From: Octopus vulgaris
Taxonomy: Eukaryota
Direction of reading: 5' to 3'
Assembly (NCBI GenBank): GCA_951406725.2
Contig: OX597817.1
Span: forward strand, 166,408,001-166,472,000
DNA: 64,000 nucleotides
This document shows positions 39,335 through 52,864 of the stretch, piece after piece; the stretch's first letter is position 1; each line of letters starts with the position of its first letter. The notes under the pieces are model-generated. The model was not told where the DNA came from. It ran no database searches and saw nothing but the letters and a program-made list of their open reading frames with translations. Position numbers and translations under genes: made by a program.

Positions 39335-39498
39335 ACATATATATGTAAACATGTATATGCATATATATATATATATACACACATATATATATGTATGTAT
39401 ACGTATACATATATATATGTAGATATATATGTATGTATTTATATTTATCGGTATGCTTACATGCGCGTGTATATATATACATACATAATGTAAATTAA

Positions 39499-39568
<70 letters not shown>

Positions 39569-39832
39569 GCATGTGTTTGTGTATTTGTATACATACATGT
39601 CTGCATGTATACGTTAATACATGCACACACGTTCGCATGCAAATTTGTATACATGCGTGAGTAAGTATGTTTACACGGATGTGTGTATGTAAGAACTCGT
39701 ATTACACTTGGTTAGGGCGTGAAATGATAGCTATTTCTGTAAAACAGAATAAAATAAAATAAAGACAAAACATCTTACATGCTTGGAATATCTCTGGTAT
39801 TTAGTCGCAATGGAAAGGAGGCTTGAAACGCA

Positions 39833-40147
39833 CCTCTGACAGATTCTTGCCTGACAAACACACTTGTACTGCACGTTATATACAACGTAGACAATGCACT
39901 CACAAATTGTTCTCATACCAATTAGATCGAAAGCCAAAGGAACTATAGACTGCACAATCGCATCAGTGACGTCACACTTAAACAATCGTATGCCTCTGAC
40001 AGATTCAAACACACTCACTGCACGCTATATACACCCACGTAAACACATGCACTCACAAATTGTACTCATACCAATTAGATCAAAAGCCAAAGGAACTATA
40101 GACTGCACAATCGCATCAGTGACGTCACACTTAAACAATCGTATGCC
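39833..40147 (+). repeat. Tandem duplication (~155-160-bp unit)
   Basis: Units start CCTCTGACAGATTC at 39833 and 39993. The ~100-bp core is nearly identical. Confidence 0.92.
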
Positions 40148-40385
40148 GCTCTGATTGTGTATGTGCATAAACCTCACCAACGCTAAGAGCACCCACATAA
40201 ACTACATGCATATACATTCCATATATTTACACACACAGATATATATATATACAGAGAGAGAGAGAGAGGAGAGAGCCAGACAGCGTGTGTGTATGTGTTG
40301 TGTCTTTGCAAGTATAAAAATATGTATTTATGTATGTATGAATGTAATGTGTGCAAGTATGTATAAAATAAATAAATAATAAATG

Positions 40386-40623
40386 CGCCCTTTTAAAGCC
40401 TAACCAGGCTCATGGAGCCCCGTTTCCCAGTTTCAATGGCGTACGTGTTCCCCAGCTGGACGGGACGCCAGTCCTTTGCAGCTTTACTCATTTTTGCCAG
40501 CTGAGTGGACTGGAGCAACGTGAAATGAGGTGTTTTGCTCAAGAACACAAAGCGTCGCCCGGTCCAGGAATCGAAACCACAATCTTACGATCCTGGTGCT
40601 AACCACTAAGCCACGCGTCTCCA
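40386..40623 (-). mobile_element. SINE family C-related copy
   Basis: Reverse complement of the 58867-59131 copy. Confidence 0.85.
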
Positions 40624-40633
40624 CGCATGTATG

Positions 40634-40707
<74 letters not shown>

Positions 40708-40743
40708 CACACACATAGTACACACACACACACACACACACAC

Positions 40744-40787
<44 letters not shown>

Positions 40788-41137
40788 CTGGAAAACGAGT
40801 TTGTTGTTAGTTAATGAAACTCAGAAATGAAACCCAACATATTCAGGAGACAAACCCTAAAGGAATATAGCTAAAATACAATTAAAAAAAAACGGGGGCC
40901 GTGAGAAAATTAACTCCCATAATGGGAACTTTGATGATGAAAATATCTGGAACGACATGTTTGCAATATGAGCAAATAAACAAATTGAATCGCCCTCTCA
41001 TTGAATCTGGAAATGAAGGAGAGTAAGTTATGAAAGAATTAATATCAATGGCATTTGCAAAAGGCATTTTTCTCAATAAAACTTGTCTCTGATAACGTAT
41101 TCCGTTTGTTGATCGCCTTAAAAAGCAATGTCACTTA

Positions 41138-41488
41138 TCTCTCTATATATAAACGGCAGTTTGTCTGTGTGTGTTTCTGTGTGTCTGTCAGGTTGTACCC
41201 TCACCCTGACCACGGCTTCAACCGATTCTGATGAAAGTTGACAAACCCTAAAGGAATATAGCTAAAATACAAAAAAAAAAAAAAAAAAAAAAACGGGGGC
41301 CGTGAGAAAATTAAATCCCATAATGGGAACTTTATGAAAAAAATCGATAAATTCGACATGGGGTCCACAATGAGAAACACAAACCACAAACTGTCTAGGG
41401 GACGCAACTCCACCTTTTTTAAATCTCAAAAAAAAAATTTACCATCATTTTTTTCCATTTTTTTGCTATTTTTTGGCTATAACTCTCT
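41138..41488 (+). mobile_element. Rearranged, 3'-truncated Helitron-like element
   Basis: TCTCTCTATATATAAACGGCAGTTTGTCTGTG 5' end. Its 3' part AATTTACCATCATTTTTT...GGCTATAACTCTCT matches 35221-35287. Confidence 0.65.
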
Positions 41489-41960
41489 GATAACGTATTC
41501 CGTTTGTTGATCGCCTTAAAAAGCAATGTCACTTATCTTGAATATATTCATCTGATCAAAGCGTCGAGTGATATAAGACAATATTGCGCCCACGTTCACA
41601 AAATACACGTCTGTTATGAACTCGTGTTCTCGACAGAAGAGTGCTTTCCCTAATTTCCCATTTCGATTTTTCTAGAGGACATGTACTGCCGTTGCGAAAA
41701 AAGATTTTAGACAAAATTCTATGTCTCAACCTTCTGCACAATATTATCAGAAAGGATATTAAATGGATCTTCATTCCCAATATCTTTCAAAATTTGTTTA
41801 GTATTTTCATCCCCCCTCCCTCGTTCATTTCTTGAAAACAGTCTAACCACTAGCAGTAGCTTTGATGAACTGCGCACATGCAAGTAGAGTAAGAAATTGA
41901 ACACTCTAGTCCTAATAATTTCAGCGTGGTAAGTAGCTTGCTTCTCAATTACATGTTTCT

Positions 41961-42172
41961 TATTTATTTATTGCCCAAAAGGGGCTAAACATAGAGGGGA
42001 CAAACAAGGGCAGACGAAGGGATTAAATCGATTAGATCGACGCCAGATCGACCACTAAAGGATGAAAGACAAAGTCGACCTCGGCGGAATTTGAACTCAG
42101 AACGTAGCGGCAGACGAAATACCGCTAAGCATTTCGCCCAGCGTACTAACGATTCTGCCACCTCGCCGCCTT
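41961..42172 (-). mobile_element. SINE family A inserted in a SINE family B head, 17-bp TSD
   Basis: TSD CTCAA(T/C)TACATGTTTCT at ~41944-41960 and ~42176-42192. Confidence 0.85.
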
Positions 42173-42504
42173 AAACTCAACTACATGTTTCTGTGGTCAG
42201 TCGTCATTAACGTTAGTTTCCTTTTGGCTGAGTATTTTCTGGCAGTCCTCTCTTAGCTACAAGTTCTTCATGCAACAGTCAACCACAGGAGATTCAGTAA
42301 TACGCTTTTGCACAGAGGTGCACAAGGCATAAAATTTTATGAGAGGAGACTTGTACTAATTTTTTCAACTCCGAAATGATGAAAAGAAAAGTCGACTTTG
42401 GTGGAATTTGAACCGAGACCATAAAGACGGATAAAGTACTGCTAAGCTCTTTGCGGTAACAATTCTGCCAACAAGCTGCCTTAGGCAATTCTGTAATAAT
42501 ACAT

Positions 42505-42807
42505 GTGTTGTTCCTTCTCGAGCCATACCTGGCTCATTAGGGCCGGTTTTCCCGGTTTCCTTGGTGTATAGGTTCCCCACCTGGACTGGAAGCCGGTCCG
42601 TCTCAGGTGAGCTGCTAGGTGCAGGAGGAAAGAGTGAGAGAAAGTTGTGGCGAAAGAGTCAGCAGAAGTTCGCCATTACCTTCTGCCGGGGCCGCGTGGA
42701 GCTTAGGTGTTTCGCTCATAAACACGCACACCACCCGGTCTGAAATTCGAACCCGCGATACCTCGACCGCCTGTCCGCAGCTCTAACTACTAGGCCGTGT
42801 GCCTCCA
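42505..42807 (-). mobile_element. SINE family C variant, 14-bp TSD
   Basis: TSD CTGTAATAATACAT at 42491-42504 and 42808-42821. Confidence 0.9.
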
Positions 42808-43256
42808 CTGTAATAATACATAAATAACTTAAATGAAACAATCGTGGAACTGACTTCTTCATATCTGGGGAAAACCCAGTGAGATTATACTTGCATTCCC
42901 GTGATCATAAGTCTAGATCTAACTCCTCCAAGATGCCTGACTTTTAAATTAATTTAAAACAAGCTTAAAAACGTAAGTCCTCGCAGTTTTATTTTTATTG
43001 TTGCTATTATTTTCATTGCGTTTATTTTATGGTTTGTAACGTTCCTTAATTGCTGGCTACCAATTTCTAACCAGCATTCTCTGCAGGACGTTTATAATCG
43101 AAACAATTCATTCAATTTATGATTGTGATGGACTAAATATTCTTTCGGTGGTGAGTAATGCAATATCGTGGTGCAATCTATGAAACAATTGCGATACAAT
43201 TCTTTCTCAATGTCGACTTTGCCTTTCATCCTTTAGGGATCGATTAAATAAATACC

Positions 43257-43672
43257 TATTTCTTTACTGCCCACAAGAGGCTACACACAGAGGGGACAAA
43301 CAAGGACAGACAGAGGGATTAAGTCGATTACATCGACCCCAGTGCACAACTGGTACTTATTTAATCGACCCCGAAAGGATAAAAGGCAAAGTCGAGCTCG
43401 GCAGAATTTGAACTCAGAACGTAACGGCAGACGAAATACCTGTTTCTTTATTACCCATAAGGGGCTAAACATAGAGGGGACAAACAAGGACAGACAAACG
43501 GATTAAGTCGATTACATCGACCCCAGTGCACAACTGGTACTTATTTAATCGACCCCGAAAGGATAAAAGGCAAAGTCGACCTCGGCGGAATTTGAACTCA
43601 GAACGAAACGGCAGACGAAATACCGCTAAGCATTTCGCCCGGCGTGCTAACGATTCTGCCAGCTCGCCGCCT
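43257..43672 (-). mobile_element. SINE family A dimer inserted antisense into another family A copy (43212-43765, +)
   Basis: TSD TCGATTAAATAAATACC at 43240-43256 and 43673-43689. The host body continues on both sides. Confidence 0.9.
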
Positions 43673-44629
43673 TCGATTAAATAAATACCAGTTGAGCATT
43701 GGGGTCGATGTAATAGATGTAACCCCACCCCGAACTTGCTGGCCTCGTGCCAAAATTTGAAATCATTATAATAATTGTTATTGTTGCTGTTGTTGCTGTT
43801 ATTATAATTTTTGTATTTGCGAGCACCTGGTGCTGTAAATTAGCTGCTATTTTCAGCGAACCGTAAGCACGAACCGCTTTCGATTCCCGGCTGGGAAACT
43901 TTTACTTCTTATACACCTTAAATGCAATACCCTTGAGAAATTCTATAATCGTCACAATTTCCCCGTTTCTTTTGAACCCTACCAAAAATCCGAAGGTTTC
44001 ACGCCTCTGATAAAAACAACAGAATTTTGCAATTATTGTTGTTACTGCTACTTATTAAGAGCTTCACTCGTACTTATCTTCCACTTTAGATTACAGCCCG
44101 TGCTTCTTCAGTTTGCGACACCCCCATCCCCACTACACCCTTCTTCATTTTCTCCTTCTCCCTTCAGTAGTTCTTCCCACCCTCTTTCGTTCTCCTTCAT
44201 ATTAAATCATAATAGTGAGTTTCGGGGTTCGCATAATTCACCCTACTGATAAGATAGCCCTATTTTTTTCATTTGAGTTGATGATGCCCTTTTTCTTAAT
44301 TTTTATGTTTGTGTGTCTTTAAAGGATGCCGGGTATGTTTGTATTTGTATTTCTGTTCGGGGTGGAGAATTTTTAAGGGTATCAACAACGGGTCTGTTTA
44401 AAGGATATTATTAAAAACCATCTATGCTTGTTCATAAATGATAATAAAAATTGAGGCCAATAATCATTGCACCCTTCCTTATATTGGTTTGTATGGTAGA
44501 ATGTTGTGTTTCCTTTTGTACAATCCTCATGCTTTTACAATATCGGGAAAAGGGATTATACTATTTTTATTATTTTCCTAATGCCGTTAACATGGCGAAC
44601 AACAGTTAAATCAAATAAGCAAATACAAT

Positions 44630-45003
44630 CATTCATCAACTGATACTTGTGTAGTATACTTAAAATTAGATGGCCCATACACATAAGCAATATGGAGCTA
44701 TGACAAAGAACAAATCAAGTTTCGATTAGGGAGCAAATATTTAAGAAAAAGTGGAAGTGGATTGGTAGCACAATTAGAAAAGAAACACCAAATGTAGCAA
44801 AAAGTGCTTTACAGTGGAAACCGGATGGATATAGAAGGAGAGGTAGGCCTAAGAACTCGTGGCGTAGATCATCACAATAGGAACTAGAGAAAGGGGGACA
44901 TTCATGGCAGAGTATAAGTACAAAAGTGAAAAATTATGCGACATGGAATTCAACTATAAGTGGCCTATACTCCGCGTTGGAGGGTTAAAGGCAGAAAGAA
45001 GAA
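44630..45003 (+). pseudogene. RTE-clade LINE 3' remnant
   Basis: Translates KKKWKWIGSTIRK...ALQWKPDGYRRRGRPKNSWRR...WNSTISGLYS, typical of the RTE C-terminus. Ends in a short AAG tail. Confidence 0.8.
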
Positions 45004-45367
45004 TACCGTTAACATAATATTGATCTGAAATTTGAAAAAAACTTAAATGCTGGATCTGTGAATTCAGAAAACTGCGAAAGAAAACAAAATATTGATTTCA
45101 AATATTGGTATAAGGCCAGCAATTTTCGACGAAGAGGTTAGCTTGATTATATCGACCCAAGCGTTCAGCTGGTACTTATTTTATCGACCCCGAAAGAACG
45201 AAAGGTAAAATCGGCCTCAGTGGAACTTGAATGTTAACGATTCTGCTAGCTCGCCACCCGATAATCGAAACAAAGTATTGACAGAGAAATACAGCATGTT
45301 TCTTTACTGTTTTAAAGAAAAAAAATTTTGAGTGGAAGTTTGTATGATAATACCTTTTCTATGATTT

Positions 45368-45742
45368 GTGGAGGCGCAATGGCCCAGTGGTTAGGGCAGC
45401 GGACTCGCGGTCATAGGATCGCGGTTTCGATTCTCAGACCGGGCGTTGTGAGTGTTTATTGAGCGAAAACACCTAAAGTTCCACGAGGCTCCGGCAGGGG
45501 ATGGTGGCGATCCCTGCTGTACTCTTTTACCACAACTTTCTCTCACTCTTACTTCCTGCTTCTGTTGTACCTGTATTTCAAAGGGCCGGCTTTGTCAGTC
45601 TCTGTGTCCCGCTGAATATCCCAAGGGTACACGTGTCTGTGGAGTGCTCAGCCAGTTACACGTTAATTTCACGAGCAGGCTGTTCCGTTGATCGGATCAA
45701 CCGGAACCCTCGTCGTCGTAACCGACGGAGTGCTTCCATCCA
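45368..45742 (+). mobile_element. SINE family C, full length, 11-bp TSD
   Basis: GGAGGCGCAATGGCCCAGTGGTTAGGGCAGCGGACTCGCG head. TSD TTCTATGATTT on both sides. Confidence 0.93.
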
Positions 45743-46351
45743 TTCTATGATTTATTTCGCTGCTTCCCATGACTCTCTGTCGCCATCTAGTTCTATTATT
45801 ATGAATCTGATTTGAGAGCTTGAGTCATAGTGAATCTTTCCTTCGCTGATTACACAACCATGAACGCTGCTCCTATGGATGCAATGCAGTTACTCACTTG
45901 ATAAAACTCGGTAATCCCAACCGTTGATCTTCTAGGATTGCTCCTCTCAGCATCGATATGAGAAGCATCATTGACTCAGTCAAGCTCTTCTACCGTCTCT
46001 TCACAATCCCATATGCTGCAGTTCCATGACTTCGTCCTGTCCCAGCAGGATGGTTGAACAGATACCATTCCTTGCTATGACTTAATCAAATAGAGGTATT
46101 GGGTTTGCTGAATGCATAAATCGGTAGAACGTCATGTATAATGCCTTATGATACTGAATCACATCCAGTTACTTTCTGAGTTCAAATCTAGTTAAATTAC
46201 ACTACGGTTGACATCGTTCGGACATCAGTCATTTGCTTAAACTAGTGTCACTCAAGTACTGATAGCGAGTGAATCGATTACATTCTTCTGTTAAAATCTT
46301 TAGCCACGTATCAATGTGAAAAATTGCAATTTAGTTCAATTAGAAATAGGA

Positions 46352-47243
46352 AGGTGAGCTGGCAGAAACGTTAGCACGCCGGGCGAAATGCTTAGCGGTA
46401 TTTAGTCTGCCGTTACGTTCTGAGTTCAAATTCCGCCGAGGTCGAGTTTGCCTTTCATCCTTTCGGGGTCGATTAAATAAGTACTAGTTACACACTGGGG
46501 TCGATATAATCGACTTAATCCGTTTGTCTGTCCTTGTTTGTCCTCTCTATGTTTAGCCCCTTTTGGGTAGTAAAGAAATAGGTATTTAGTCTGCCGCTAC
46601 GTTCTGAGTTTAAATTCTGCTGAGGTTGACTTTACCTTTCATCCTTTAGAAGTCGATAAATTAAGTACTAGTTGCGTACTGAGGTCGATCTAATCGACTG
46701 GGCCCCTCCACCAAAATTTCAGGCCTTGTTCCTATTGTAGAAAGGATAATTATTATTATTGTTGATATATACTCCACGAAATTATTTGGTTAAAGCAAAA
46801 TGCTTAGCATTATAAGGTGTCGATCTGGCAGAAACGTTAGCACGCTGGGAGAAATGTTTAACGGCAATTCGTCTGTCTTTACGTTTTGAGTTCAAATTCC
46901 GCCGAAGTCGACTTTGCCTTTCATCCTTTCGGGGTCGATAAAGTACCAATTACGCACTTGGGTCGATGTAATCGACTTAATCCTTTTGTTTGTCATTGTT
47001 TGTCCCCTCTATGTTTAGCCCCTTGTAGGCAATAAAGAAATAAGAAATGCTATCACGCCGGGAAAAATGCTTAGCGATATTTCATCTGTCTTTATGTTCT
47101 GAGTTCAAATTCCGCTGAGGTCGACTTTGCCTTTCATCTTTTCGGAGTCGATAAATTAAGTACCAGTTGCGTACAGGGCCGTCTCTAATCGATTGGCTCC
47201 TTTCCCCCAAAATTTCGGGCCTTATACCTAGGGTAGAAAAGAA
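46352..47243 (+). mobile_element. Two consecutive SINE family A dimers
   Basis: Heads near 46352 and 46816, each followed by body, module and a second body. Confidence 0.88.
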
Positions 47244-47428
47244 TATATTCAGAATTATCCTATATAATATATCTCTAAATTCTTATCTTATAAGAACATT
47301 ATTGCATTTATAAATTAACTGTTGAATAACCTATTTTCAAAACCGGTGAGCGAACCGGTAAACGTTTTGGGTAATCTCCTTCTATTGACATATACATGTA
47401 TGTATGTGCTCACACATATGTATATATA

Positions 47429-47655
47429 CTGGGTTGGCCAGAAGTCACCCAACAGTAAATCAAAATTCCATAAATACTATCTGTAATTCTGTGTTGACTC
47501 GAATGGAAAACTGTGTCACTCAAGAACTTGAGTTTAAACAATTTTCATGATGTTTCATATTTAGATGCTTTTATTAAATTCATTCAGTTGTTAAACATAA
47601 ATAAATCTTGGAATTAAATGATTTTAATTTACTATCAAGTGACTTTTGGCCAACA

Positions 47656-47658
<3 letters not shown>
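47429..47658. mobile_element. Tc1/mariner-type MITE
   Basis: TA-CTGGGTTGGCCAGAAGTCAC...GTGACTTTTGGCCAACACTG-TA. Confidence 0.8.
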
Positions 47659-47707
<49 letters not shown>

Positions 47708-48806
47708 TCTTTTATTCTTTTACTTGTTTCAATCATTTGACTATGGCCATGCTGGAACAACATTTATTTATGTATGCGTATATGCATTTATGTGTATGTG
47801 TGCTTGCAGGTGTTGTATACGGGTGCACGCACGTGTTTGTAAAGAAACTTAGAGTTAGATATTTAAACACTCAGACATATATTGAGAGAGAGAGAGAGAG
47901 AGATCAGTAAAAAAATGTTTGAATTTGACTTTAAAATGTTCTATATTTTACAATAATACCTTATCATTTCGAAATTATATATAATTTACAATCACCTTAG
48001 ATTTAAAACGAATTGTTATCCTCAATCTTGCACCGTTGGCTTTTCCCCGCATGTGGTAAGCGGCGAAAACTCGTAACTTGTAGAAAAATACTAGGTTTCG
48101 GAACCTCTGATGATCGACGACGATTTTGCATTAAAAACATCGATAAAAACGTCCAAGTCTAAAAGAACCACGGGTCTGCTGCATTACTCTCAACTTCAAA
48201 TATTAAGTATTATCTACATAATTGTACTGCTCACATATTTGGACAGTAATTCACTCGTATACACAGTCTTCGCATATCTCCCTTTTTCTCATTACCCCTT
48301 CTTTACTCTATCTCCTAATCTCCTCGACAAACAACACACAATTCTTTCATGACAGTAACTCCCACTCTTTTTATTTTGGCTATATTCATATACATCCAAA
48401 TATTATTACAATAAACCTAATATTTAATCGCATTTATTGAGCCCTCTGCTAATTGCTATGCACAAGAGTAATATTTCCCTTAGAATTACTAGTTATTACT
48501 ATTACCATTCTACACACTTTTATATATGTACATATGCATATATGTGTGTTGCATAGAAATACATGTTTACACATGTGTGTGTGTGCGTGTGTGTGCCCGT
48601 GCGCGAGTGTGTGCGTGCGTGTGTGTTTGTGTATGTGTGTATGTACGTCCATATATATACATACACACACATACACACATATATGCCCACACATATACAT
48701 AGGCATGTATGACTGCATGCGTATATTGACACGTACATATGTGTCTATATGCTTGTGTATGTGCGTGTATGTATGTGTATGTGTGTATGTGCTTGTGTGT
48801 GTGTGT

Positions 48807-48990
48807 ATGTGCATGTGTCTATTTGCTTTTATGTGTGTGTATATGCGTATGTGCGCGTGTGTGTGTATATGTGCATGTGTCTATTTGCTTTTATGTGTGT
48901 GTATATGCGTATGTGCGCGTGTGTGTGTATATGTGCATGTGTCTATTTGTTTTTATGTGTGTGTATATGCGTATGTGCGCGTGTGTGTGT
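48807..48990 (+). repeat. Minisatellite, about three copies of a ~62-bp TG-rich unit
   Basis: ATGTGCATGTGTCTATTTG(C/T)TTTTATGTGTGTGTATATGCGTATGTGCGCGTG repeated. Confidence 0.88.
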
Positions 48991-49606
48991 GTGGGAGTGT
49001 AAATGTGCAGGAAGCTGGGACATTTATAATAGATATAACAACCATTTTTGTTGCCGTAATGTCGGCTGCTGAAAGATTTCAGGTTCTTTACTTTCATCCT
49101 ACAGATTAAAATATTCATCATCTCGGAAATTGGAATTATCCAAGATTAAGAAATGAAATACTCCGCAGCTGTTCTAATTCTGCATTTCAAAATATCACCT
49201 TTAGAATTTTTGTTTAATTTCTCATTCTTTTACTCAGTTCAAGTAAGCCTAAGAAAGCAAAAACAAATCCTCGTACGAACGATTTTGTGGTTATAATTAA
49301 ACTAATAAATAATTTCTAAATAAGGCGCAGACATAAAAAAAAAACACACGCATAAATAAACGTAAGAGAAATAATACCTCTAATTAATAATATATTATCA
49401 TATAGATTATGAGTCATAGATATCTCTGTGGCTTAATTGTAAAGCTTTGGTGTCTCATATAGAGGTAACTTTAGTTGCGAGTTCAAGAGTTTAATTATTC
49501 TTTTTTGAAGAGGAAACGGCGAAACTTAAATAGGATGATGGAGATTTTAGTGAAGATAGTGAAACGAGGTCATTTACGTTTCCAGCCTCACAGGCAAAGT
49601 TTTCTT

Positions 49607-49830
49607 ACCTAAGCTCTTTGTTCCAATTGGAGCATAGGCCATCGACGACATTTCTTCTCTGTTCTCAAATTTGGGTTCCTTTTTGCTTCGCTCCGGTTGG
49701 TTCCTTGCTCTTTCCTTGCAGTTTCATTCCAGATTTTTGCTGTACAGCGTCATGTTTCCCTGAGGTAAAGCTTTCTCCTCTCAGGTCTTGTTTGTTTTGA
49801 ACTGTCATCGATGGTTCTGCAAATCTGATT
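49607..49830 (-). mobile_element. Probable RTE LINE 3' tail remnant
   Basis: Minus strand GTCGTCGATGGCCTATGCTCC (VVDGLCS), a typical RTE terminal motif. The rest is degenerate. Confidence 0.45.
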
Positions 49831-50289
49831 TTTTTTTTTTTTAGTCGCGAGTGGAGGCTTTACAAAGGTGTGGTCCATATGAGCATGGCTTCAGTCTTTT
49901 GACTTGTCCAGTATGAGAAGCCCTTCCGGGGAGCTTTCATTCCGAGTCATTGAGGCTCAGAAGCAACAACACCACAACACAGACTGGACCTTGTGATGTA
50001 AAGTTAGCAGTAAGCAATTGTTTTCAATATAGAATTTCCAACGATTAAATTTAAATAATCTCCTACATAAATTGCTCACCACTCGAAACAAGTACGACAG
50101 AAAGAGAGTTGTCGCGTTCCAAATAGATTCCAACGTTTCTCTATTTTTTTCGGTAACTCCTAATACAAAATATGTGCAAAGAAAGATGCCAGTGTAGATG
50201 TTAGAAATAGCAACTAAATCCTATCAAGTAAAGGCACTACTGTCTTAAAAGAAGAAAATAGGCACAGGAGAATGCAGTTCTGGAAGCAT

Positions 50290-51388
50290 TGTATGGAAAT
50301 AAGTTTGGATGATCATGGCCCGAAGCTTGCTTGATCAGAGCTAACCTGAGGGTGAAAAATATACATAAATATATAAATTGCCATTCGAAAACAAACTCTC
50401 CTGGGATAAATGTTGAGAATTCCTTGTTATCATAAACATGAATGTAAAGAATGTTGTTCGAAAATTTTCATACAAACACATGCACACACCGAAACACCCA
50501 TAGAAACATCGATGCAGATAAACAGGGTCTTCGTGCTAAATTTGACTGTTTGCATAAAAGGAAAAAGAAAATACAATACCTCATCGAAAAATAGAAGTAT
50601 TTTAAAAAGTAAAAAACCATCAACTATATTATGGCTGAGCGATAACAGCTTACTCAAAGTAGCTGCCATAAGCTTTTCCCACAGCTCAAGACGGCTCCGG
50701 AACCTGGTTTATGCGTTCCTCACTGTAACTCAAGGAAGATCTTCGAACACCTCCTTGTCCTTGGCCACCAGCTCGGCCTAGGTGTTGCAGCCAGAGCGGT
50801 TGTTAACTTTCTCGTCCGCTCATAGACATAACAACCTATGGGATTGCAACTGAGAGAATTGGGAGGCCAGAAACTGGGGCTGGTGAAATCGTAGTAATTC
50901 TCCGATAACCCTTCCTGAATTTTTCAAAAGGAGCCTAATCCTATTCCAACAGCAACCCTCTCCAGACAGGGTTTAATGACAGTCTCCAACAGTTTCATAT
51001 AGCCGTCTGAATTAAGCATAAGACCCTGTTCCTGCGTTTGTTGGATGAATCCCAGCAAGCGGACGCAGTCAGAACACCATAGGTTCCGTTGTAACTGCCC
51101 ATGTAACGTCTTATCGCTTTTACAGTGTTAGCACGAACACCCTGTTTATCTGTATCGATGTTTCTATGGGTGTTTCGGTGTGTGCATGTGTTTGTATGAA
51201 AATTTTCGAACAACATTCTTTACATTCATGTTTATGATAACAAGGAATTCTCAACATTTATCCCAGGAGAGTTTGTTTTCGAATGGCAATTTATATATTT
51301 ATGTATATTTTTCACCCTCAGGTTAGCTCTGATCAAGCAAGCTTATTAGAGCGTTCGGGCCATGATCATCCAAACTTATTTCCATACA
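50290..51388. repeat. Inverted duplication: ~250-bp arms around a ~590-bp spacer
   Basis: 50290-50539 is the reverse complement of ~51128-51388, apart from a few substitutions and a 9-nt indel (ATTAGAGCG). Confidence 0.92.
50650..51033 (-). pseudogene. Tc1/mariner (maT/DD37D-like) transposase C-terminal remnant
   Basis: Minus strand gives QGLMLNSDGYMKLLETVIKPCLERVA...SENYYDFTSPSFWPPNSLSCNPI...KEVFEDLP...RFRSRLE...GSYFE*, with stops and frameshifts. Confidence 0.8.
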
Positions 51389-52833
51389 CAGAGTCGCAGA
51401 TATAATGTGCGCATTTTGATACCCGGTGGGAATCATTACGATACACTTAACGCTTTTCCAATATTCAGATGTCTTTCAGTCCTCCATGTCAATTTTTTCT
51501 CGACTACAACTTTAATCCTTATGCTCTCCAATGCCGTTGAGTGTTCACTAACACATCAAAGTTGGTCCTCAAATAAGATTTAAAAAAGGAGAGAAAATAA
51601 GTCGTCAAATATTGCCCGAGCACCCTGTACCATAACAAACTCACTCGCACATTTTCTCGCTCTCTCTCTCTAACAGGCACACAAACACACATACACGATA
51701 ACATACACATACATACACACACACACAAAAACACTCACACACAAACACAAATGCGCATACGCTAAAAGATATTCAGACTAACACACACACACACACAAAC
51801 ATGCACACACGCTAACACACCCACACAAACAAAAAAATAAGTGCACAAATGCTCTCACACATTCATGCTAACACACACACACACACACAAAGACTCAAAC
51901 ATACATGCACACTCGCTAACACACGGACATACACACACACTAGCACATACACACACACACAAGCACTCAAACATACATGCACACACGCTAACACACGCAC
52001 ACACACACACACTAGCACACATACACACATGCACACACGCTAACACATAAACACAAACATGTACACACGCTAGCACACATTCACGCTTACACACACACAC
52101 ACACACATACCCATGCACACGCGGTAACACGCATTCACCTTAACATACACACACACACACACACACAAACAAACACACATGCACACACGCTAAGTCACAC
52201 ACACACAAACTAGTACAGACACACTAACATACATTCATGCTAACACACACATACGCACACGCTAATACACACATATACACACGCTAAAACACACACACAC
52301 TAATACACACATACACGTTGACACATATATATATATACATATATACATATACACACTGGCATTCACAGACTGACATATATAAAAATACAATATAAAAAAT
52401 ATAAAAATACAAACAAGGACATCTCGCCTGTATTACTATTGAAGTGTCAAAGCCAACTACTAAATCAGTCTTTTATGTTTTCTCTCGTTTTATTTTCTTT
52501 CATTCAGTTCTTGCTCAATTAATTATTTATAATTTATATTGGAACGGCTGTTTCGATCATAGATGCAAGCCTGCACACACACTCACACACACACACACTC
52601 ACACACACACACTCACACACAGAGTTACGCATAAACACATACGTGCGGACTTTTATGTAAACACATACACGAATACGAAAAAAACATGCATCGTCGTAAA
52701 CATACTAAAGCATCTATCTATCTATCTAACTATCTGATGAGTTATGCGTTTCTCTTTATCCCTTTATATGTGTGTGTAAGAGTGTGAGCTGAAATAGATG
52801 TAAACACACACACACACATATAAATATATATAA

Positions 52834-52864
<31 letters not shown>

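Noticed and set aside
45368-45445. tRNA-like sequence
   Set aside because: It is the head of a multicopy SINE with body, tail and TSD, not a standalone tRNA gene. The same applies to the other SINE heads.
48453-49109. 218-aa Cys/Val-rich ORF
   Set aside because: It lies in TG-rich micro/minisatellite sequence and has no domain signal.
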